From NCBI GenBank assembly GCA_020632135.1, contig JACKGC010000001.1, positions 52,241-116,240 of the forward strand: a DNA stretch of 64,000 nt, given 5' to 3'. This DNA comes from Candidatus Nomurabacteria bacterium (lineage in GTDB: Bacteria; Patescibacteriota; Minisyncoccia; Phycocordibacterales; UBA918). The notes beneath the pieces were generated by a model. That model saw only the letters and a list, made by a program, of their open reading frames with translations. It was not told the DNA's origin and ran no database searches. The position numbers and the translations under genes are program-made. This document shows, in pieces, positions 45,925 through 55,063 of the stretch. Position 1 is the stretch's first letter, and the number at the start of each line of letters is the position of its first letter.

Positions 45925-46200
45925 CTACAACTCAAGGTCAGCAAATAGGTCGTCGAGGTTATCGAACTGTTTTCCAGACTTTTTTGCGGCTTCTGTTTCA
46001 GTGAGTAGCGCCTGCTCTTGCGCCAGGGTGTACCCATTCTCAGTCTTAAGATCAAATGGTATTCCTTTTCGATTCACCACATTGGTCAAAAACAACTTCA
46101 CCGCACTCGACATATCGAGCCCCAGTTCTTCGAGGGTCTTACGTGCCTCACGCTTGGTCTTTGCATCAATACGAATTTGAATTGTTTCTTGTGCAGCCAT
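45925..46200 (-). CDS. type II antitoxin, DinJ/RelB family
   Basis: IQIRIDAKTKREARKTLEELGLDMSSAVKLFL RHH-type N-terminus. Confidence 0.8.
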   Translation of the reverse strand: MAAQETIQIRIDAKTKREARKTLEELGLDMSSAVKLFLTNVVNRKGIPFDLKTENGYTLAQEQALLTETEAAKKSGKQFDNLDDLFADLEL

Positions 46201-46514
46201 GATACGTACATCATATACCGTGTAGTGACGTTGTCAATACATATCTCTACTCCGCCGGGTAGAGGACGTTCGAACCTGTGTTTGACTCCCCTAGCCTGTT
46301 TTGCTCCGCTTGTGGGATGACATTCGAACTTATTAGACTCAAAATGATATCAATGTGATGATACCAGACCTGCAAAAGGTTGCTGCACAGCATTATGAGT
46401 AAAATCTCTTTGGTATAGTGTAACTATGAAAAAGAAGCTTGGCATAGTGGCTGTTGTGTTGCTGCTCTGCCAACCGAACTTCCTCATAACTACCTCAGCA
46501 CCGTGAACACACTC

Positions 46515-46661
46515 CCAGACGAGGAGCAGCTCGAATCGGTGCGTCGGCGCGTGAACAAAAGCATGCCGTATGGAAGTGACGCGTGGACCGACCATATGGT
46601 GGAGACGTACCACTTGGAAAGTACCGCCCGTTCGCCGGGCAGGACAAGAACACTGATGTGA
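46515..46661 (+). pseudogene. C-terminal relic of a COG1943/Y1 (IS200-like, RAYT-type) transposase
   Basis: Translates to PDEEQLESVRRRVNKSMPYGSDAWTDHMVETYHLESTARSPGRTRTLM*. By recollection this resembles the conserved C-terminal tail (G.P.GS..W.....LGLE.T.R..GRP) of that family. No N-terminal HUH part is present. Confidence 0.4.
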
Positions 46662-46810
46662 TTACACCACACGTTGTGCGAATAGATTGGACGTATTCCC
46701 GTTACCATTTCCGGTAGGTTAGGGTTGCATTGAGCAGTGGGTGCCAGCAGATTTGACAGTATTGCTACACATAAGTAGTATGTGATCGGATTCACTGCGG
46801 AGGAAATCCA

Positions 46811-47257
46811 ATGCAACCACAAGAAGAGCACGTAACAGTCACCGCTTCGTTCACCCAGCTCGATGTTGATCGCATTGACTCCATTATGGTCAACACCGGC
46901 CTCACGACTCCGAGCGAAGCAGTGCAGCTCGCAATATCGACAGCAACGCTCGTGATCAGGCAAATCGAGCTTGGTAGAGATCTGTACATAGAGGAAGACG
47001 GCAAAACAAGTCGGCTTCTCATCGTCGGTTTCAATGATACTTGGCGGCGCAGAGCCAGGCTCAAAACCAAGGCTTGGCTGAGTCGGGTGACATGCTTCTT
47101 AAGCACCCGACACAAAAAACGTGCGTACCACATGGTCGATCGTGGACGATCGTGCCGTGGCGGAAACCCGGTACAGGTATTCGACCGCACCTGGGAGTGC
47201 CCCACCTGTGGCCAAACTGGCATTGACGGCACCTGGACGCAACGATTGGAGCAGTGA
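46811..47257 (+). CDS. hypothetical protein with C-terminal CxxC zinc-ribbon-like motif
   Basis: GGAGGA SD 7 nt upstream of the ATG. Hairpin terminator aaacccctgg..ccaggggtt at 47274-47299. Confidence 0.4.
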   Translation: MQPQEEHVTVTASFTQLDVDRIDSIMVNTGLTTPSEAVQLAISTATLVIRQIELGRDLYIEEDGKTSRLLIVGFNDTWRRRARLKTKAWLSRVTCFLSTRHKKRAYHMVDRGRSCRGGNPVQVFDRTWECPTCGQTGIDGTWTQRLEQ

Positions 47258-47347
47258 CTGCTCGCAAAGACAAACCCCTGGCTTCACGCCAGGGGTTACT
47301 GCTGTCAGTCGGCTTTTGGCAATCTCGTTCATGTGAATGGAAAACGT

Positions 47348-47404
47348 GAAGAAAACGGGGACAGGAAGAAAACGGGGACAGAAGAAAACGGAAAACGGGG
47401 ACAG
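47348..47404. repeat. short tandem repeat GAAGAAAACGGGGACAG x3
   Basis: Three consecutive 16-24-nt units read directly from the sequence. Confidence 0.8.
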
Positions 47405-47557
47405 GTACAATATTCTTGCGTTTTATGTGGTGTAGTTTTGCTCCGCGTGCTGGACGAGTTTCGAACCTTGGATTGGTTGCGTATTGATAAGGAGTTGCGG
47501 TATTTCGAGTTTGCATAAAACAGAATCGCCCAACAAGGTCAGGCGACCTGCTGGGCG

Positions 47558-47857
47558 TTACTTGCACGAGTTGATGTATGCAGCGAGTTGCATCAGGAGG
47601 AACGGACACGTGGTCGGCGTCTCCTTATACTTCACGTCGTGGCCAGGAAGGAAATTGTAACCGACGTTGCCGACAGTCAGGCCGACAAACTCGGCTTGTG
47701 CTTCGTTCAGAACCGCGTCGACGTTGATGATGTCGAGCAACTCGTCACAGAGCCGTGCAGAGAATTCGTAGTTCTGACGCTGGACATCGACGTTCTCGGT
47801 CTCTGAAAGACTCCGAGCCGCGTCACGCTGCCTGACGAGGTAATCAACTGCTTTCAT
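47558..47857 (-). CDS. hypothetical protein (99 aa)
   Basis: GGAGAAG SD upstream of the ATG. Imperfect hairpin after the stop. Confidence 0.45.
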   Translation of the reverse strand: MKAVDYLVRQRDAARSLSETENVDVQRQNYEFSARLCDELLDIINVDAVLNEAQAEFVGLTVGNVGYNFLPGHDVKYKETPTTCPFLLMQLAAYINSCK

Positions 47858-47947
47858 CTCACTTCTCCAATGTACGGTTTGTTTACACCGAACAATAGCA
47901 CATATAATGTGCTATGTCAAGTAATGCTCCGCCGGTAGGATTCGAAC

Positions 47948-49336
47948 TTAGTCAGTATCCTTCGCAATACTCCGCACATATTTAACGATCTGCTTCTGCA
48001 TCTTGAGCGCATCCTTTTTCTTTTTGGCTTCAAACATCATCTTGAGGGCAAACTCGGTCACGCTCGGCTTCACCATTCCCCACACCTCGCCGAAATTAAC
48101 AATGAACCCATCGAACTTTTTGATGCTTTTTGGCTTGAGTGATTGGAGGTACTGTTCCGTTTTTGCGAGCGCCACCTCTTTGCTTTTTACCATCACGATC
48201 GTGTCTTCGGTCTGCTCGTACACCAGGTGCGGCGCTACCATCTCGCTGAAGGTCTTCCCTTCCTTCTTCGCTTCCGCGTACGCATCAAGGACTGCCAGCA
48301 GGGTGAGTGTCACTGAGTCGGTGTAGAAGTAGTCTTTGAAATAGAAGTGGCCGGAGTGCTCGGCGGAGAAGAGTACGTCTTTCTTACGCATATCTGCCTT
48401 AATGAACGCATGACCGACCCGCATCAAGACCGGCTTGCCACCGGCGCGCTTGATCGCTTCTTCATAACTGCGGCTAGTGAGACCAGTGATGCCGATCTTA
48501 GCCTTTGGTTGTCGCTTCAGAAACTGCTCAGCAATGAGACCACCAATGACCGCGCTATTGATGTACTGACCGTTCTCATCAAGAAAGGCGATACGGTCGG
48601 AGTCGCCATCAAAGGCGATGCCAAAATCATACTTGCGCTTTTGGAGTCGCTCGCGCAGTGGCTCCTGATGATCATAGAGCGTTGGGTCTGAACCGCGATT
48701 CGGAAACCGACCATCGAGCTTGCCAAACATCACGTCAAACTGCAGCGGGAGTTTTTCTTGAAGAAGTGGCAAGAGTACCGAAGCCATGCCATTGCCAGCA
48801 TCGGCTGCGACTTTGATCCCTTCAAGCTTCTTGGCTTTATATCCCTTGAGCACAAACCGCTGGTACCCTTTCAGCACGTCTTTCTTAGTGACCTTCCCAG
48901 GCTTCTTTGCATCAACAAACTTCCCCTGCTCGATGCGGCGACGAATGGCGCCGAGCCCCTGCTTTTCCGTGAGCGGAATTGCTTGCGCATGAATGAGCTT
49001 GAGACCGTTGTACTCCCGCGGGCTATGCGAAGCAGTGATCATCACACCCGGTAAGTTCATCGTGCCTGAGGCGAAGTACAGTGCCGGCGTGTGCACCTGC
49101 CCCAGGTCTATGACATCAGCGCCGGAATCGGTTGCCCCCTTAAGAAACGCCGCGTGGAGCGCCGGGGTCGACAGTCGCATATCGCGCGCCACCAAAATTT
49201 TCTTGTATTTGAACTCTTCCACAAATGCCCGTGCTACAAAGTACACGAGCTCGTCGTCAATTTCGGTTGGGTAGATCGCGCGAATGTCAGCGTCTTTAAA
49301 GGCGCGCTTGTAGTCTGCCTGCAGTTTCATGGTCAT
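47948..49336 (-). CDS. phosphomannomutase/phosphoglucomutase (alpha-D-phosphohexomutase family)
   Basis: Active-site loop ITASHSPREYNGLK, metal loop FDGDSDR, sugar-binding GEHSGH-like AEHSGH. Confidence 0.9.
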   Translation of the reverse strand: MTMKLQADYKRAFKDADIRAIYPTEIDDELVYFVARAFVEEFKYKKILVARDMRLSTPALHAAFLKGATDSGADVIDLGQVHTPALYFASGTMNLPGVMITASHSPREYNGLKLIHAQAIPLTEKQGLGAIRRRIEQGKFVDAKKPGKVTKKDVLKGYQRFVLKGYKAKKLEGIKVAADAGNGMASVLLPLLQEKLPLQFDVMFGKLDGRFPNRGSDPTLYDHQEPLRERLQKRKYDFGIAFDGDSDRIAFLDENGQYINSAVIGGLIAEQFLKRQPKAKIGITGLTSRSYEEAIKRAGGKPVLMRVGHAFIKADMRKKDVLFSAEHSGHFYFKDYFYTDSVTLTLLAVLDAYAEAKKEGKTFSEMVAPHLVYEQTEDTIVMVKSKEVALAKTEQYLQSLKPKSIKKFDGFIVNFGEVWGMVKPSVTEFALKMMFEAKKKKDALKMQKQIVKYVRSIAKDTD

Positions 49337-49488
49337 ATAGGAATAGTATAACGCACCTCATGTACTTAGGACGCACAACTAGTATAAGCGACTTGACAAT
49401 ACTTGATCTGAAAGATACTGTAAAAAAACCGTAATGTACTGCAGCAGAAGACGTTCGGTGTTCTTAAGGAAAAAGGGAGAGAAAGCCT

Positions 49489-49800
49489 ATGAAGACAGGC
49501 CGCTTGGCCAAGGTTGCGCTTATCGTACTGTTCATGACGACGGCAACCAGCAATCAAGGTAGCCTTCTCGGCAGTCCAGGAGTCGGACCAACCGACCTTG
49601 CAGCCCTGGTAGCGACGAAGGCTGATGCCAATTGCCTGGCGAACACGGACCAGGAACCCGTCATCAATAACGACAGCATTGCCTTCGGCACTACCCATGG
49701 CTCTACAGTCGAGGTAAATGCTCTCGGTATGAGTAGTATAGTCCCACTCACCAGCTCACCCCAGTCCGGTTACGGAGGCGGCGCTCACAGCCTGGCCTGA
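49489..49800 (+). CDS. possible small secreted protein (103 aa)
   Basis: AAGGGAGAG SD, signal-peptide-like N-terminus, and two hairpins downstream (49804-49828, 49861-49888). Confidence 0.4.
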   Translation: MKTGRLAKVALIVLFMTTATSNQGSLLGSPGVGPTDLAALVATKADANCLANTDQEPVINNDSIAFGTTHGSTVEVNALGMSSIVPLTSSPQSGYGGGAHSLA

Positions 49801-49905
49801 GTAAGCGGCAATCGCAAGATTGCCGCGCTCTAACCAAGAACAACCCCTTTCAACCACCAATGCCCGCAGGCTAACACCCTGCGGGCTAAACATTTTTGAC
49901 ATAAA

Positions 49906-49934
49906 TTGACAAAACATACAAATAGTATTACTAT
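49906..49934 (+). promoter_or_regulatory. sigma70-like promoter for the DEAD-box helicase gene
   Basis: TTGACA, 17-nt spacer, TACTAT. Predicts a ~140-nt 5' UTR. Confidence 0.45.
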
Positions 49935-50072
49935 GCTTGGACGCTTTTGTATCTCGTGTGGGCGCAATCGCGGCAGTTTCGGATGAATTGAAACTCTTAC
50001 GACTGTATTTACCACCGCACGCCCTGAAATGACGCACCGATGTGCGCCCTTTCTATAAAGAAAATAATTTAG

Positions 50073-51368
50073 ATGCCAACTCAAACCTCGCGACGGTCGT
50101 CAGGCCGCCGCCCGTACTCTGGTGCAGCATGCACTGGATCTTCGTTTAATCGTAATCGTCGTCAAGGCGGGAGCAGCCGTAGTGGCGGCGGCCGTTTTGC
50201 TGATCGACGTGGTCGTAGCGGCGCTCGTAGTGGCGGTCGCGCCAGCGGAGGTCGCAAGCAACCATCTTTCGACCCATCACAATTCATTAATAAGAATCCC
50301 GTTGAAGTTGCTGAGGTAACCTTTGCACCAACCCACTCTTTTAGTGACTTTGGCTTCCACCCCCGAATCGCTCAAGCAGTGGCCGAACAAGGCATTGCTA
50401 GCCCGTCCCCGATCCAAGACCAAGTGATCCCACTCATTACTGAAGGCAAAGACATCATTGGTCTCGCGGAGACCGGCACCGGCAAGACCGCTGCATTCCT
50501 TCTGCCGCTCATCCAAAAGACCCTGACCCAAAAAGGCCAGCAGACCCTTATTCTCTGCCCTACCCGTGAGCTTGCTTTGCAGGTAAAAGCAGAATTTGTG
50601 AAGTTTGCCGGCAACTTTAAACTGTGGGCTACTTGCCTCGTCGGTGGAACCAACATCAACCCACAGATCCGTTCACTGAAGCGCCACCAGCACTTCATCA
50701 TCGGAACTCCGGGCCGAGTCCTCGACCTCATCGATCGCGGCAACCTGAAGACGAATCAGATCAATAACATCGTGCTCGACGAAGCTGATCGCATGCTCGA
50801 CATGGGCTTCATCCATGACATGCGCAAGATCCTCAGTCACGTTACAGATGAACGACAGACCCTCTTCTTCTCTGCCACTATGACCAAAGAAGCCGAGGCG
50901 CTCGTGAATGATTTCATGATCGATCCGGTAACCATATCTGTTAAAAAGAAGGATGTGACGAACAGTATCAAGCAGGACGTTGTTCCGTTTGAACACGCCC
51001 ACAAGTTTGATACGCTCTTGGCACTACTTGCCAAAGACGAACTGAAGCGTGTCATTATTTTCGGCGCAATGAAACACAGCGTGGAAAAACTTGCTAAGGA
51101 GCTCTGTACACATGGTGTAAAAGCTGAATCCATCCACGGCAACAAGAGTCACGGACAACGCCAGAACGCACTCCGCACGTTTAAGAGCGGCAACGCACGC
51201 GTGTTGGTTGCAACCGATGTGGCTGCCCGCGGTATCCATGTCGACAACGTCTCGCACGTGATCAACTACGACCTGCCGAACACCTTCGAAGACTACGTGC
51301 ACCGCATTGGCCGCACCGGTCGTGGTAATCTACGTGGTCAAGCACTAACGTTCGTACCAAAGCACTAA
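50073..51368 (+). CDS. DEAD-box ATP-dependent RNA helicase with N-terminal RGG/SR-rich extension
   Basis: Q motif, AETGTGKT, VLDEADRMLDMGF, SAT, HRIGRTGR. Confidence 0.92.
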   Translation: MPTQTSRRSSGRRPYSGAACTGSSFNRNRRQGGSSRSGGGRFADRRGRSGARSGGRASGGRKQPSFDPSQFINKNPVEVAEVTFAPTHSFSDFGFHPRIAQAVAEQGIASPSPIQDQVIPLITEGKDIIGLAETGTGKTAAFLLPLIQKTLTQKGQQTLILCPTRELALQVKAEFVKFAGNFKLWATCLVGGTNINPQIRSLKRHQHFIIGTPGRVLDLIDRGNLKTNQINNIVLDEADRMLDMGFIHDMRKILSHVTDERQTLFFSATMTKEAEALVNDFMIDPVTISVKKKDVTNSIKQDVVPFEHAHKFDTLLALLAKDELKRVIIFGAMKHSVEKLAKELCTHGVKAESIHGNKSHGQRQNALRTFKSGNARVLVATDVAARGIHVDNVSHVINYDLPNTFEDYVHRIGRTGRGNLRGQALTFVPKH

Positions 51369-51387
51369 ATCATACCACACCGATCAA

Positions 51388-51418
51388 ACAACAGCATGCC
51401 CTTGGGGCATGCTGTTGT
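51388..51418 (+). terminator. hairpin terminator after the helicase gene
   Basis: acaacagcatgccc-ttg-gggcatgctgttgt (14-bp stem, weak T tail). Confidence 0.5.
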
Positions 51419-51433
51419 GCTGTACGTATACTC

Positions 51434-51460
51434 ATCTAGGGACCCCGTAAGTCCCTATAT
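51434..51460. repeat. REP-like hairpin copy 1
   Basis: atctagggac-cccgta-agtccctatat. Confidence 0.7.
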
Positions 51461-51971
51461 GAAACGTGAGCGGGAAAGAATCGTGGATATTCATGGGTGG
51501 GTGCTGATGAACAACCACTATCACCTACTCCTCTCCGAACGGGCCGAAGGTGGCATTACTAGTTTCCTGCGGAAGTTAAATGTAGGATACGCAAAATATT
51601 TTAACGAAAAACTTAAGAGGTCGGGTGCCCTCTTTCAGGGTCGGACAAAAAAGATACTGATTGAACGAGACGCACACTTTTTGTACATCCTGCACTACAT
51701 CCACCTCAACCCACTTGATTATCTACAAGGATCAGAGAACTGGCGTGTGAGGAACGAGATGCGTGTATCCAATATTGCTGAAGCACTCACACACCTTGAA
51801 TCGTATCGTTGGGGTAGTTACCTTGACTACGCAGGCAGGCACAACTTCCCTTCTATTTTAACCAAAACACTCTTTCAGGAAGCGCTCGGCGACCCGATCG
51901 CAGCTTTGCATGATTACCTTAAAGGTACCGTCGGGTCTGATGAAACACTCAACAAACTACACCTGGAGTGA
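51459..51971 (+). pseudogene. N-terminally truncated HUH/Y1 transposase (RAYT / IS200-like, COG1943)
   Basis: HUH motif in WVLMNNHYHLLL, Tyr region LHYIHLNPL. The usual ~50-aa N-terminal strand region is missing and a REP-like hairpin sits at the truncation point. The 51396 start in the track lies inside a terminator. Confidence 0.65.
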
Positions 51972-51998
51972 CATCTGCGCCTTTATGCACTGTGAAAA

Positions 51999-52025
51999 AT
52001 CTAGGGACTTCGTAAGTCCCTAGAT
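51999..52025. repeat. REP-like hairpin copy 2
   Basis: atctagggact-tcgta-agtccctagat (perfect 11-bp stem). Confidence 0.8.
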
Positions 52026-52114
52026 ATCCTTGGTGGTGTAGATCCTGGATTTTTTCTTCACTCCGCTTTACTACGCAATTCATCGCAAAGTGGACGGCTT
52101 CGCCGCCCGTCAGG

Positions 52115-52141
52115 ATCTAGGGACTTACGAAGTCCCTAGAT
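52115..52141. repeat. REP-like hairpin copy 3 (inverted relative to copy 2)
   Basis: atctagggact-tacga-agtccctagat. The loop is the reverse complement of the copy 2 loop. Confidence 0.8.
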
Positions 52142-52145
52142 TTTG

Positions 52146-54434
52146 CTAACGGCCGAGATGGTAGAGCATCTGCACCTCCTCAGCTGAGAGCGCGCGGTTG
52201 TAGATACGAAAATCGTCCATGTAGCCCTTATAGCTAAATGCTGTTCCGTATCCCCCAAGTGATAGGTAGTTAGTCACCGGATCGCAATCAACCACTGACA
52301 TGGTTGAGATGTTGGTTGGGGAGCCGGTCGGTACACCATTTACGTACATTTGTGCCTGATCTGAGTCTCTATTGAATACACCCAATGCATGGAACCACTC
52401 CCCCACCTCCCAAGCCTGAGTACCAGAACCAGCAGTGCGGAGTACACCATTATCATCCTGAACTTGTAATTGTATACTTTGGGTAGTTGTTGCTATGTAT
52501 AGAAACATATACGAAGGTGCTGCTGTACAGTACGCCGCTTCAAAAGGCCGCCATTGAGAATCTCCGCCATTGAGAGAATCGACCTTAAACCATCCACCAA
52601 CCGCAAACGAACCTGAGCCAGAATCAAAATCCATTCCCGCAATACTTGAGCCCTGTACATTATTACTAACCCCATCAAACCCCATCCCCTGCCCGAGCAC
52701 GCCTGGGGTGACGGAATCAACATTCATACCACCCTGTGCATCACCGTGGTTGGCGTTGCCACTCACATCTTTGATCTCGCTGGTGGTGTCTTGCCAACGG
52801 ACGTCAGGGCCGTCGAAGGTCCAGTGGCCGACGAGGCCTTGTTCGAGTGGTGAACCGAGGCTTTTGATGGTGGTCGAGATCTTAGTGCCTTCGCCCATTT
52901 TGTAGAGGCGCATCACCTCGTCGGCCGAGAGTGCCCGGTTGTATATGCGGAGGTCGTCGATTGAACCAGCTGAGTACCATGTATTAGAGTCAACATTTGT
53001 AGCTAGGCCGATACGATCACCAGCACTGCCCCTCTGTAGCGCAGTAGCGCCGCTTCCAGCATACGTACCTGTGTGCTCTTCACCATCAACGTATAGGCGG
53101 ATGTCGCTGGATGATACAAAGACAGCAGATACGTGTGACCATGTATTAAGCGGTACTACAGCATCATTTGTTACTTTATTTCTACGACACGTAGAGTTGT
53201 CGAAACTGCATGGGTAATAGTATGCGCCGAGTTTTTGCCCCGTGGAATACAACTTGAACCCCTGACGATCTGAGGAGACTGAAAAATCGTCCGCCGTATA
53301 GATGCCTGCGGTTCCACTGGAAAGTTTTACCCACGCTGATACTGAAAACGGGAAAGCGGAAATTGTATTGTCATTTGGCAATGCGACGTTGTCACTCGTC
53401 CCATCAAACCCCATTCCCTGCCCGAGCACGCCTGGGGTGACGGAATCAACATTCATGCCACCAAGGGCATTACCATGATTCTCATTACCGCTCTTGTCGC
53501 GGATCTCCGCCGTACTACTCCCCCAATCCACATCAGGACCATCAAACGTCCAATGCCCTACTAGGCCATTGTTAAGCGGGTCGTCGCTGCTGTGGGTGGG
53601 GGTAGTAGCGAACTTGGTACCTTCGCCCATTTGATAGATCTGTTCGATCTCAGCTTGGCTTAGGACGCGGTTGTAGATGCGGAAATCGTCAACTAAACCG
53701 TTATAGCGGTTAGTTGCGACATTGCTTGAACCAAGATACAGGTCGGTAGAATCATTAAAATTTTTATCACCAGTACCGCTAGTGATCGGTGTTTCAGATA
53801 GCTGAGTGCCATCTTTGTAAAAATCAATACTGGCACCACTAGCACTGCCGTCCCACGTGACTGCAACATGACACCATTCATTTGTATATATACAACCTAT
53901 CCCACTAAAGGACCATGGGCCACTGGAATCGAACTTTGCTCGGAATTCCAGGCTGGCGCCATAGGCGAACGACCAACCACCACCAACCGGTATTCCCGAA
54001 CCTTTATACGCCAAGAATCCATTACTGCCATTCTTCACCCAGGCAGTGATGGTTATCGGTCCCAGGTCATCGAGTGAGGTGGCGCTTCCAGCGTTAATGT
54101 ACGTAGAAAGAGCGCTGTTAAAGGTGAGTGCTTGGCCGATCTTCCCCACCGCACCGGAAGAGACACTGAAATTAGTGGCATTGCCGTCATTCCCTGCACT
54201 AGAACTATCGAGGATTTCCGCACTAGTAGCACTCCAGTCAATGTCGTTACCGTCGTAGGTGTAGTGGAGGACCAAGCCATCATCAAGCGTGAGATTGGTG
54301 GTGGCGGGGGTACTGGCGAGCTGGAGGGTAGCACTGGCGAGCTGGGAGAAGTATGGGGTGTTTAGAAAATAGATTAGGCCGCCCACCGCGAAGATGATAA
54401 AGAGGAGCTTTGTGGGAGTGAGGCGGGAGAGCAT
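52146..54434 (-). CDS. secreted protein with four LamG/concanavalin-like lectin domains
   Basis: Signal anchor. Repeated module LVGHWTFDG.DV.W......I.D.SGN.NHG...GG...... ending DD[FL]RIYNRALS..E[VI]..[LI]Y.[ML]GEGTK. Confidence 0.8.
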   Translation of the reverse strand: MLSRLTPTKLLFIIFAVGGLIYFLNTPYFSQLASATLQLASTPATTNLTLDDGLVLHYTYDGNDIDWSATSAEILDSSSAGNDGNATNFSVSSGAVGKIGQALTFNSALSTYINAGSATSLDDLGPITITAWVKNGSNGFLAYKGSGIPVGGGWSFAYGASLEFRAKFDSSGPWSFSGIGCIYTNEWCHVAVTWDGSASGASIDFYKDGTQLSETPITSGTGDKNFNDSTDLYLGSSNVATNRYNGLVDDFRIYNRVLSQAEIEQIYQMGEGTKFATTPTHSSDDPLNNGLVGHWTFDGPDVDWGSSTAEIRDKSGNENHGNALGGMNVDSVTPGVLGQGMGFDGTSDNVALPNDNTISAFPFSVSAWVKLSSGTAGIYTADDFSVSSDRQGFKLYSTGQKLGAYYYPCSFDNSTCRRNKVTNDAVVPLNTWSHVSAVFVSSSDIRLYVDGEEHTGTYAGSGATALQRGSAGDRIGLATNVDSNTWYSAGSIDDLRIYNRALSADEVMRLYKMGEGTKISTTIKSLGSPLEQGLVGHWTFDGPDVRWQDTTSEIKDVSGNANHGDAQGGMNVDSVTPGVLGQGMGFDGVSNNVQGSSIAGMDFDSGSGSFAVGGWFKVDSLNGGDSQWRPFEAAYCTAAPSYMFLYIATTTQSIQLQVQDDNGVLRTAGSGTQAWEVGEWFHALGVFNRDSDQAQMYVNGVPTGSPTNISTMSVVDCDPVTNYLSLGGYGTAFSYKGYMDDFRIYNRALSAEEVQMLYHLGR

Positions 54435-54563
54435 TGGGGGTATTATAGCAAAGGTTATGCTGGCGGGTACATTAAAAACGGGCGGCCCTTCGACCTCGTT
54501 TTCAAGGAGACCTTAGTCGACTGTGAAAACGGAAGTACTCTTGTGGTGCGGGGCCGCCCGTTT

Positions 54564-55055
54564 TTATTCATCCAGATAGCTATCGAAGTACACTGCATGA
54601 CAGGTATATCCACCTGGGTTCTTCTCTAGATAATCCTGATGATAGTCTTCTGCCGGCCAAAAGCGAGTCAACGGCTCGAGTGTGGTCACTACTTGGTCAG
54701 ACCAACGGCCGGATTCATTGACGATCTCGATCATTTCCTCGGCGATCTGCTTCTCTTCGTCGGTAGAGTAAAAGATCGCCGACCGATACGATGTCCCATG
54801 GTCATTCCCTTGTTGATTCAGTGTCGTGGGGTTGTGGATCTGAAAAAAGAAATCGAGAATATGTTGGTAGTCGATCTGCTCTGGATCATATTCGATCTCC
54901 ACCGCTTCGGCGTGGCCGGGGTGGTGCTCGTAGGTCGGATTATCGTTTTCACCGCCAGTGTAGCCAGCTTCTGTATCTACAATACCGGGCAGAGTACGGA
55001 TAAGATCTTCTAGTCCCCAGAAACAACCACCTGCGATGACAGCTTTTTTCAACAT
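54564..55055 (-). CDS. msrA: peptide-methionine (S)-S-oxide reductase MsrA
   Basis: AGGCFWG active site, HDPT-like [34 protein letters not shown] upstream. Confidence 0.92.
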   Translation of the reverse strand: MLKKAVIAGGCFWGLEDLIRTLPGIVDTEAGYTGGENDNPTYEHHPGHAEAVEIEYDPEQIDYQHILDFFFQIHNPTTLNQQGNDHGTSYRSAIFYSTDEEKQIAEEMIEIVNESGRWSDQVVTTLEPLTRFWPAEDYHQDYLEKNPGGYTCHAVYFDSYLDE

Positions 55056-55063
55056 ATATTTTC

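Noticed and set aside
47061-47609. 182-aa minus-strand ORF and the overlapping 146/157-aa ORFs in the islet
   Set aside because: They are mutually overlapping on both strands with no SD or domain signal. They conflict with the better-supported 46811-47257 (+) ORF and its terminator.
51396-51458. Upstream start of the RAYT-like ORF given by the track
   Set aside because: It would begin inside the helicase terminator hairpin and translate a REP hairpin. The ATG at 51459 is the first plausible start, and even then the protein is N-terminally truncated.
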